Assembly: GCA_947626155.1 (NCBI GenBank)
Contig: CANQRC010000001.1
Coordinates: 1,799-65,798, forward strand
Length of the DNA stretch: 64,000 bases
Source: an uncultured Clostridia bacterium
GTDB taxonomy: Bacteria; Bacillota; Clostridia; Christensenellales; UBA1242
Direction of reading: 5' to 3'
Under the pieces are notes generated by a model, which made no database searches, was not told the origin of the DNA, and saw only the letters and a list, made by a program, of their open reading frames with translations. Shown piece by piece: positions 53,740-61,488 of the stretch. The position numbers were made by a program, and so were the translations under genes. Position 1 is the first letter of the stretch. The number at the start of each line of letters is the position of its first letter.

Positions 53740-55098
53740 ATGGAAAAGCAAGAATTTTATGAGATAGTTGAAAAGTTTATTGTCCCTATTTTTACAGGGT
53801 CTTATCTTGCCGGAGAAACTGAGTCCTCGTCAAGAGATTTGGATGTTGCCCTTGGCCAACACGGCTCACTTTTATTGAAGCCCGCCAAAACAGATAATTA
53901 TCGTTTGATTTTGAAGCGTGGACAACCTTTCAAATCCTTTGAAGTTAATTTGGTAAAAGAGATTGTAAGCGAGTTTGACAATATTTATTCGCTAAATCTT
54001 TCGGACAAACTTTACATGAAAAACTTGAGGACAATGGCCATTAAAAAGGCGCTGATTGAAAGCATAACCGACAGCGGAACGGAGGCAATTTTTGGCGTAA
54101 TAAATGCCATGGAGTCTTGGGCAATGCGTACCTACGAGGGGCAAACCGTCTCAATGGGCGTTTTGATTAACCTTGGAGTTTTGGCGGACGGAAACAACAA
54201 AGTTTCTTTTGGCGACATTATCTCAAAGGATTTTTTTGCCCTGTTTTCAGATGGAAAATCATCTTTTGTGGAGTTTGACAGAAACGGAAATATGCTTGGC
54301 TATGTAAATTTAAAAAAGTCGAAAGTTGTGCCAACCATTTCACCATATTATTACAACCGCGTGGCAAGAATTTGCAACGACAAAAGGGTTGGAATTGTCC
54401 TCACAGACCAGGGCGACATTTTGGTGTTTTACGCAAGGAAACTTATTTTTGCCAAGCGAAATGGAACGTGGTGCGTTTATTCTCACGACGAAATTATCAG
54501 GCTGCTTTACAACAACGCCTCTTACACTGCAAAGGAAATTAGGCGCGCAATTTACAACACCGCACTTGACTGCTCTTTTGCATATCGCGGCGCTTGCATT
54601 TGTTATATCAACAAAGACCGAACTGAAGAGGCGCTGATGCACATTGACGCCGGCGACATTGTTTCGGAAGAACATTTTTTGATTAAGAAAAAACTTGAAC
54701 TTGAAGAGGCGCAAAAGTTATACAATATTGGAAGCGCTCATGACGTGATTGAAAAATTCAGCCTCTCTTATGATGAGTTTTTGGCAAAAAATAAAAATGT
54801 CAAAACAATTGCAATCAGAAAACTTATTGCGGGAAAGAAGTTGTTTGAAATTGATAGAAAACTTTTGCTTGAAATGACGGCGGTTGACGGCGCAACCATA
54901 GTTGACTATGACGGCACAATTGTCGCCGTGGGCGCAATCATAAAAATTGAGGCGGGAAGTTCTGGCGGAGGAAGGCTTGCCGCGACAAGCACAATGGCAA
55001 AATATGGCGTTGCAATCAAGGTTTCGCAGGACGGAATTATGCAGGGCTTCAGCGTTGATAAGCACGGAAAAGTTAAACAAATTTTCAATATTGGCTAA
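53740..55098 (+). CDS. Protein with a C-terminal DisA_N/DAC (diadenylate-cyclase-fold) domain carrying a degenerate RHR motif
   Basis: The C-terminus VDGATIVDYDGTIVAVGAII...GGGRLAATSTMAKYGVAIKVSQDG aligns by eye to the CdaA-type HDGAVI...GTRHRAA...VSEETG. The approximately 350-aa N-terminal region is unassigned. Confidence 0.5.
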   Translation: MEKQEFYEIVEKFIVPIFTGSYLAGETESSSRDLDVALGQHGSLLLKPAKTDNYRLILKRGQPFKSFEVNLVKEIVSEFDNIYSLNLSDKLYMKNLRTMAIKKALIESITDSGTEAIFGVINAMESWAMRTYEGQTVSMGVLINLGVLADGNNKVSFGDIISKDFFALFSDGKSSFVEFDRNGNMLGYVNLKKSKVVPTISPYYYNRVARICNDKRVGIVLTDQGDILVFYARKLIFAKRNGTWCVYSHDEIIRLLYNNASYTAKEIRRAIYNTALDCSFAYRGACICYINKDRTEEALMHIDAGDIVSEEHFLIKKKLELEEAQKLYNIGSAHDVIEKFSLSYDEFLAKNKNVKTIAIRKLIAGKKLFEIDRKLLLEMTAVDGATIVDYDGTIVAVGAIIKIEAGSSGGGRLAATSTMAKYGVAIKVSQDGIMQGFSVDKHGKVKQIFNIG

Positions 55099-55182
55099 AA
55101 AAACGCGTTTTTATTGATTTTTTCTTAATTTTTTTGAATTTTTTGATGTTTTTTTAATTTTTACATTTTTTAAGAGGTTTTT

Positions 55183-56046
55183 ATGAGAAATTTTGATGTG
55201 TTGATTGTTGGCGGAGGAGTTGCAGGAATGACCGCCGCCATCTATGCAAAAAGGCGAGGAAAAAATGTTTGCATAATTGAAAAGTTCACTTTGGGCGGAC
55301 AAGTTTTGACCATTGATAAAATTGAAAACTTTCCAACTCAGAAACTGATTGACGGGCTGACCTTGTGCGGCATGATGTCGGAGCAAGTGAAAAATCTTGG
55401 AATTGAAGTGATTGCCGACGACATTATCTCTTGCAATCTTTCTCAAAGCGTCAAAACTCTCACGGGCAAAAAAGATGTTTATCAAGCAAAAAGCGTGATT
55501 GTTGCCACCGGGCTTTCTTATGTTGAACTTGGCAAAAACGAGGACGAATATTTGGGAAAGGGCGTAAGTTATTGCGCAATTTGTGACGCAAATTTTTATA
55601 AAAACAAGCCCGTGATTGTGGTCAGCAAGAAGGGGAGCGGAATTGTTGATGCAAATATTTTAAGCGAAGTTTGCTCTAAGGTGACCATTTTGGACAGCGA
55701 GGATATGTCGGCTTTTGCAAGTGTAAATAGCAAGCCTAAAATTGAAGTTGTCTCAAATGCCACGGTGAAAAGCGTGTTTGGAAAAGGGAGCGTTGAGGGC
55801 GTAAAGGCGGTTGTGGGCGGCAAGGCAACAAATTTTGATGCTGAGGCGGTTTTTGTTTGCTTGGGCAAAAAGCCAACAAAACTTTTTGACAGTTTGAAGA
55901 AAGACCAAAATGGATTCATCATCACTGACGAAAACATGAGAACATCTGTTTCGGGCGTGTTTGCGGTGGGGGATGTGAGGTCAAAACCTCTTAAACAAAT
56001 TGTAACTGCTTGCGCTGACGGGGCAATTGCGGGCGCAAACGCCTGA
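55183..56046 (+). CDS. trxB: Thioredoxin-disulfide reductase-like FAD/NAD(P) oxidoreductase
   Basis: FDVLIVGGGVAGMTAAIYA (GxGxxG), redox CAICD and GVFAVGDV. GAGG RBS. Confidence 0.82.
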   Translation: MRNFDVLIVGGGVAGMTAAIYAKRRGKNVCIIEKFTLGGQVLTIDKIENFPTQKLIDGLTLCGMMSEQVKNLGIEVIADDIISCNLSQSVKTLTGKKDVYQAKSVIVATGLSYVELGKNEDEYLGKGVSYCAICDANFYKNKPVIVVSKKGSGIVDANILSEVCSKVTILDSEDMSAFASVNSKPKIEVVSNATVKSVFGKGSVEGVKAVVGGKATNFDAEAVFVCLGKKPTKLFDSLKKDQNGFIITDENMRTSVSGVFAVGDVRSKPLKQIVTACADGAIAGANA

Positions 56047-56225
56047 GATTGTGTCAAAAGCCTTCTATTTTTCATAACTATTATTATGGAAAACGAGAAA
56101 AAACAAAGTTATAAAATCATCTGCGTCAAAGCGCCAAAGTGGGCAGTGCCACTTCTAAAAATGCTTTATAAAAAAGATTTAAAAACAAAAGACTAATTTC
56201 TTCTTTTTTGGCAATAACTTTTTGC

Positions 56226-57446
56226 ATGAGAAGAAAGGAATATGTTGAAAAAGTTAAAAATTGCATTTTGAACAGGGTGAGGTTTCACGCACCTATTTTA
56301 TTTGACACAACTTTGGACAAGCGCGCCCTCTTTGAACTTGGGGTTGATTTGAACAAGCCTGTCTTTAAATTTGACAAAAAGCTCAGCAAAAGCCTTGCGA
56401 GAGCGTTTTTTTTGGCGCGAAAGGAAGAGGATTTCAATTTGCTGATTTCAACAAATAGTTTTGAAAAAGAGAAAATCCTAAAGGGGCTTAGTTGCATTGT
56501 TTTTAATCCAGACACTTGCAAGGCAAGCCTTTTGGAGAGCATAAACAAACTCAACATAAATTATTCTTCGGCGTCGAACTACAATCCAGTGTTTAAGGAC
56601 AAGTTTGTGAAGGTTCAGGGCAAAATTTTGAACCCTCACTATGAGGAATTTTCGCTTGAACAGGTTTTTGTGCAGGATGAAATTTTTGGGCAGCACTGCG
56701 AATTTGTTTTGAATGGCACAAATTTTTACACAAAACTTCAAAACAAGTCTAAAACCGAAAGAAAGGTGAATTTTGAACTTAATATTCCGCTTGAAAAGGG
56801 CTACTATTTTTTTAAGCGAATGACAAAATGCGTGTGCATTGAAAATTTGATGACGGGAGAGAAGAAATTTTTGAACTTCACTTGTCGAGGGGCAAAGTTT
56901 TGTTTTTCGGAGGTTGATGGGCTTGAAAATTCGGTGTTTTCATGCGTGAATGCCAAAATTTCGCTTTGCTTGAAGCCGGGCGAACAGACCTTTGTTTTCT
57001 TCAATTTTGGTCCAAAAAAGATGCCAGTTCGAGGCGAAAAAGAAATTGAGTTTTTAAAACAAATTTCTTATAAAGAGTGCTGTGAAATTTTTAATCTTAG
57101 GGTCAAAACAAAAAATCCCAAGTTCGACATTTTTTTCAACCGAACGCTGCCACAAAGAATTTGGGTGAATTGGGCAAATGACAAGCCGGAGCTATTACTA
57201 GAAGAAAAATATTTGACGCTTAAAAAACTTTTTCTAAAAGAAAAGGAAAATATGAATTTTGTGAATTTCAAAGAGATTGGGCTGAGGGAACTTGGAATTT
57301 TTAATGGAAAATATTACAAAAAAATCATTGTCGTGCAGGGGGAGGGGAAGTTTTTGAAAGTTGGAAAGACATTTTTTTATAATATCAACTCTTTCTCAAA
57401 GAAAACTTTAAGCACAAATGAGCCGCTTGCGGTGTCTTTTGGCTGA
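56226..57446 (+). CDS. Hypothetical protein (about 406 aa)
   Basis: Long ORF with coding-like composition and no recognised motifs. The start is uncertain (TTG 56208 or ATG 56226) and there is no clear RBS. Confidence 0.5.
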   Translation: MRRKEYVEKVKNCILNRVRFHAPILFDTTLDKRALFELGVDLNKPVFKFDKKLSKSLARAFFLARKEEDFNLLISTNSFEKEKILKGLSCIVFNPDTCKASLLESINKLNINYSSASNYNPVFKDKFVKVQGKILNPHYEEFSLEQVFVQDEIFGQHCEFVLNGTNFYTKLQNKSKTERKVNFELNIPLEKGYYFFKRMTKCVCIENLMTGEKKFLNFTCRGAKFCFSEVDGLENSVFSCVNAKISLCLKPGEQTFVFFNFGPKKMPVRGEKEIEFLKQISYKECCEIFNLRVKTKNPKFDIFFNRTLPQRIWVNWANDKPELLLEEKYLTLKKLFLKEKENMNFVNFKEIGLRELGIFNGKYYKKIIVVQGEGKFLKVGKTFFYNINSFSKKTLSTNEPLAVSFG

Positions 57447-57485
57447 AATTAGTTTAATTTTTTTAAGTTTTTATATCAAATTGTT

Positions 57486-57513
57486 TTGATGCCAAACATT
57501 TTTTTGATATAAT
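57486..57513 (+). promoter_or_regulatory. Sigma-A-type promoter abutting the rarA ATG (leaderless candidate)
   Basis: TTGATG 57486-57491, a 16-nt spacer, TGA-TATAAT (57505-57513). ATG 57520 follows 6 nt later with no SD. Confidence 0.5.
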
Positions 57514-57519
57514 TTGTTC

Positions 57520-58803
57520 ATGGAAAGCGTTAGAGTTCCGCTTGCCGAAAGAATGAGGGCAACCTCTTTTGAAGATTTTGTTGGGCAAGAACATATTGTT
57601 GGAAAAAACAAATTGTTGTATCGCGCAATATCCACAGGGTCGGTGGGTAGCTGTATTTTTTATGGTCCACCGGGAACGGGAAAAACAACTTTGGCTGGAA
57701 TTATTGCCAAAATGTTGAACGCCAATATTGAAAAACTCAACGCGGTTTCAAGCGGCGTGGCTGACGCAAAAGCGGTTATTGAGCGCGCAAGAAGCCAAAA
57801 GCAGATGTTTGGAACTGACACCTACCTTCTTTTGGACGAGTGCCACAGGTGGAACAAGGCGCAAAGTGACTGCGTTCTTCAAGCAATTGAGGAGGGGAGC
57901 ATCTATTTTATTGGCTCAACCACGGAAAACCCTTACACAAGCATGACGCGAGCAATTGTTTCGCGTTGCAGCGTTTTTGAGTTTAAAAAACTAAGCGAAA
58001 AAGATGTTTTGAAAGTGCTTGAACGCGCGCTGAAAGACAAAGAAAAGGGCCTTGGACAATACAAGACAGATGTCAGCGACGAGGCGCTGAAATTTTTGGC
58101 GTTTGCGTGCAATGGGGACGTGAGAACGGCGCTTAATTCTTTGGAACTTGCAGTGCTTTCCACAAAAATGGGAAAGGACAAAATCATTCATGTTGACAAA
58201 GAGGCAATGGCGGAATGTTTGAACAAAAGGCCGCTTTCGCTGGATGAAAATATGTATTATGACTATCTTTCGGCGTTTTGCAAGAGCCTCAGGGGGTGCG
58301 ACGAGGACGCCGCACTTTATTATGCGTTTAGAATGATTAAGGCGGGGATTGACCCACTGATTATTGCTCGGCGAATGATTGCCCACGCGTCGGAAGATGT
58401 TGGAATGGCTGACAGCAACGCGCTTTTGCTTGCCACAAGCGCCATGTATGCCTGCGAAAAAATTGGGCCGCCGGAATGCTATTTAAGCCTGACGCACGCA
58501 ATAATTTACATATGTGAGGCGGAGAAGTCAAACAGCGTTGTGAACGCCATGAACATGGCAATGGCTGATGCGGAAAGTGAGCGCGAGGACCAAGTACCAA
58601 ACCACTTAAAAAATCATCCAAGCACAAACAGAGACGGTCACGGAAAATATAAATATCCACACGATTACGGCGGCTATGTTGAACAACAATATATGCCAGA
58701 CCACTTGAAAGACCGAATTTATTATGTTCCAAGTGAAAATGGAAGAGAGAAAAATTTAATTCGCAAAAAATTCTCAAAAAATGGCTTTAAAATTAAAAAA
58801 TAA
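57520..58803 (+). CDS. rarA: Replication-associated recombination protein A (MgsA/RarA AAA+ ATPase)
   Basis: LAERMRATSFEDFVGQEHIVG, FYGPPGTGKTT, LLLDECHRWNKAQ and HLKNHP...YKYPHDY match the RarA family. Confidence 0.9.
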   Translation: MESVRVPLAERMRATSFEDFVGQEHIVGKNKLLYRAISTGSVGSCIFYGPPGTGKTTLAGIIAKMLNANIEKLNAVSSGVADAKAVIERARSQKQMFGTDTYLLLDECHRWNKAQSDCVLQAIEEGSIYFIGSTTENPYTSMTRAIVSRCSVFEFKKLSEKDVLKVLERALKDKEKGLGQYKTDVSDEALKFLAFACNGDVRTALNSLELAVLSTKMGKDKIIHVDKEAMAECLNKRPLSLDENMYYDYLSAFCKSLRGCDEDAALYYAFRMIKAGIDPLIIARRMIAHASEDVGMADSNALLLATSAMYACEKIGPPECYLSLTHAIIYICEAEKSNSVVNAMNMAMADAESEREDQVPNHLKNHPSTNRDGHGKYKYPHDYGGYVEQQYMPDHLKDRIYYVPSENGREKNLIRKKFSKNGFKIKK

Positions 58804-58897
58804 TCAATTTTTGACACATTTTTTGTTAAGAAATTATGGGCTAGAAAAATATATTTAATAAAAAAATAAAATTTTACAAATTTAAGGAGAAGAAATT

Positions 58898-59836
58898 ATG
58901 TTTGGAAGAAGAGCAGATGGGGTTAAGGTTAAGGATTTGCCAATTATTGACAAGGCTATGCCCTATTTTATGCCAATGAGAATTGATGCGGTGAATTTGT
59001 ATGAACAGGCAATTGATTGCGCGCCAATTGACAAGTTTATTTTGGAGCAGAAAAAACTGACCGGCATTCACTACACTTACACAGAAATTTTGATGGCTGC
59101 AGCAATAAGAATGTTGTATGAAAGACCAAAGACAAATAGATTCATCAACAACTGCGTGGTATATCAGCGAAAATATGTTTCAGTTTCTATCAGCGTCAAG
59201 AAAAAACTCACCGACGACGGCGAAGAGATGACCCTTAAAATGTTTTTCACGGGGCGTGAGAGCCTGCCAGAAGTGAAGAAAATTTTTGATGAAGAAGTTG
59301 AAAAGAACGTCAATGCCGCTCCCGAAACGCACGGAACAACAAAAACCGCTGGATTTTTGTGCCACCTTCCTGGCTTTTTGTTTAAGTTTGCAATGGCGTG
59401 CCTGCGCTTTGGGGACAACCATGGGCTTCTTCCAAGAAAACTTTTGGACGTCAGCCCTTTCCACACAAGCATTTTTGTGGCAGATTTGAAGAGCATCCAT
59501 CTTGACGCGCTTTATCACCACCTTTACAATTTTGGGAACACAACCATTTTTGGCACGCTTGGAAAGGTTTATTATGAGCCTGTTGCCGACCGCTCTGGCA
59601 ATGTTGAAACAAAGAAACTTATCAAAACCAAGTTCTCGCTTGACGAAAGAGTTTGCGACGGGCTTTATTATTCAAACAGCCTAAAACTTTTGAGGTCTTA
59701 TTTTGAAAATCCAAACCTTTTGCTTGAACCTCTTCCAGAGCCAGAACTTACGGGCAGGGCGCTGAAGAAAAAACTTAAAAAAGATAAAAAGGAACAAAAG
59801 AAGAAAGCCAAATTAGAGAAAAAAGCGAGCAAATAA
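58898..59836 (+). CDS. 2-oxoacid dehydrogenase / CAT-like acyltransferase-fold protein with an altered active-site motif and Lys-rich tail
   Basis: The overall pattern and the motif SLDERVCDG lie where the family has DHRxxDG / HHxxxDG. AAGGAG RBS. Confidence 0.5.
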   Translation: MFGRRADGVKVKDLPIIDKAMPYFMPMRIDAVNLYEQAIDCAPIDKFILEQKKLTGIHYTYTEILMAAAIRMLYERPKTNRFINNCVVYQRKYVSVSISVKKKLTDDGEEMTLKMFFTGRESLPEVKKIFDEEVEKNVNAAPETHGTTKTAGFLCHLPGFLFKFAMACLRFGDNHGLLPRKLLDVSPFHTSIFVADLKSIHLDALYHHLYNFGNTTIFGTLGKVYYEPVADRSGNVETKKLIKTKFSLDERVCDGLYYSNSLKLLRSYFENPNLLLEPLPEPELTGRALKKKLKKDKKEQKKKAKLEKKASK

Positions 59837-59850
59837 CTCGCTTTTATTTT
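59822..59850 (+). terminator. Rho-independent terminator
   Basis: AAAGCGAG / CTCGCTTT stem spanning the stop codon, followed by a T-rich run. Confidence 0.45.
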
Positions 59851-60005
59851 TATATACTTTCATTATTCATTAAGCATCCTTTTTGCACCCATTTCCCATT
59901 TTTTTGACAAAAAAATTCCCGAAATCAGTTTGACGGCAAAGTGACGGCAGATTTTGAATAATTTTGTAAAATATTGTAAAAAATTCAAAATTTTGACATA
60001 AAGAG

Positions 60006-60034
60006 TTGACTAAAAAAGACCTCTAAATTATAAT
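60006..60034 (+). promoter_or_regulatory. Sigma-A-type promoter
   Basis: TTGACT 60006-60011, a 17-nt spacer, TATAAT 60029-60034. Confidence 0.6.
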
Positions 60035-60059
60035 CGTTTGTGTTTACTAAGGAGGTCTA

Positions 60060-60620
60060 ATGAAAAATAACAACATTATTTGGGCGAAAACAATCCTGTC
60101 GGTTTATCGCTATTTGGAGAGAATTTCGGGGGCAATTGATAAAATTGTTTTGCAGTGTGGGCTGAACTGCCAAAACGTCTCCGTTCAAAATTATATTTTA
60201 AACAACACCTATTCTGTTTCGCAAAAAATTATTGACTTGTCAGAAAGGAAAGTGACCTTAATCAATTTGAAAGTTTTGATTGAGGACACGCTGACGGAAA
60301 TATCAAAAAAGGATGCCGAAATTTTGATTTTAAGATTTTTTGACGGTCAAAAAGTAAAAGATATTTGCGCGCTTAAAAATTTGAGTATGAGGACGGCTTT
60401 TAGAAAAATTGAAAGCGCCGTGACGGCTTTTTCAAGCAGGCTTGTCATGAAGGGCTACACCTCCAGCAAATTTGAAAATATTCTTAAAAACGAGGGCTGG
60501 ATTAACAATGTTTTCATCAGACTTTCCGCCAAAAATGTTGACGAATTTGAACTTTCAAAGGTGTTTTTAGCCAAGGCGGTTTCTATGAATCAAAGTTCAT
60601 TTTCGTCAAACTCAAAATAG
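60060..60620 (+). CDS. Sigma-70 region-4-like HTH protein
   Basis: AEILILRFFDGQKVKDICALKNLSMRTAFRKIESAV resembles a region-4 / LuxR-type HTH. The N-terminal half is unassigned. AAGGAGG RBS. Confidence 0.5.
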   Translation: MKNNNIIWAKTILSVYRYLERISGAIDKIVLQCGLNCQNVSVQNYILNNTYSVSQKIIDLSERKVTLINLKVLIEDTLTEISKKDAEILILRFFDGQKVKDICALKNLSMRTAFRKIESAVTAFSSRLVMKGYTSSKFENILKNEGWINNVFIRLSAKNVDEFELSKVFLAKAVSMNQSSFSSNSK

Positions 60621-61396
60621 TCTCCGTGCCTTATCTTCTTTTTGGAGCGCTTTAAAGATTTTTGCTTTGCCTTGCTTAGTTGCATTATTTTTGACGGCTT
60701 GATTAAAAAGTAAAGAATAAGCACGCTTGGAATTGCTATTGCAAAAACAAGTAAAATTTTTGTGCCCGTTGAAAGCGCCTGAAATTGGTTGGTCTGGGCG
60801 GCAAAAAGCATCTCTTCGCTTACAATATCAAATCTTTCACTGTTAAGCTGAAAGTTTTTGAGCGGATTGTTGTAAATAAATTGCGAAAAAACATAGCCTT
60901 CAAGCGCTTTGCCGTCAACTTCTGCCTTTACATAATACCAAGTGCAGTTGTCCTCAGTGAAATATTCGCCGCTTTTTATTCCGCAGTAGTCGAGGCTGAC
61001 ATTTTTGTTCAATTTGTCGGTTAAAACAAGCGAAGAACTGTTTGCTTCTTCATACAAATTTGGATAAATCACGCTGAACTCGTGCTTGTAATAGGCGTTT
61101 TGGGGCGTTCCGTTCATAAGCACAACATCCTCTTTTTTAACATAGCCGCTCACGCCGTTGTAGGACGCCTTGAAATAACTTCCGCTTGGCTGCCCAATTT
61201 GAACAAAATATGAGAGCGGGATTTCAAACAAAATGCTGTCCTCGTTTGGGAAAGAATATAAAAACACGCCGCTATCTTCAATTTTTCCAAAGCAATTCAT
61301 TTGGGCAAACGTCACATTTGTCCTCAGGCTGACGCAGAACAAAATTGCAGCCGCCAGCATTAAAATTTTTTGAAGTTTTTTAGTTAAATTTTTCAT
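60590..61396 (-). CDS. Secreted/membrane-anchored protein with SH3b-like modules
   Basis: Signal peptide, two SH3b-like segments (YNGVSGYVKKEDV; VDGKALEGYVFSQF) and one C-terminal TM helix with a basic tail. Confidence 0.6.
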   Translation of the reverse strand: MKNLTKKLQKILMLAAAILFCVSLRTNVTFAQMNCFGKIEDSGVFLYSFPNEDSILFEIPLSYFVQIGQPSGSYFKASYNGVSGYVKKEDVVLMNGTPQNAYYKHEFSVIYPNLYEEANSSSLVLTDKLNKNVSLDYCGIKSGEYFTEDNCTWYYVKAEVDGKALEGYVFSQFIYNNPLKNFQLNSERFDIVSEEMLFAAQTNQFQALSTGTKILLVFAIAIPSVLILYFLIKPSKIMQLSKAKQKSLKRSKKKIRHGDYFEFDENEL

Positions 61397-61488
61397 AGCA
61401 CCATTTTAGAACAAAAATTTTTTATGGCAATAGAAGAAAAATGTCTATTTGTCGTTTTTTTTATTCCATTTTGTAGAGGAGGGTTTTT

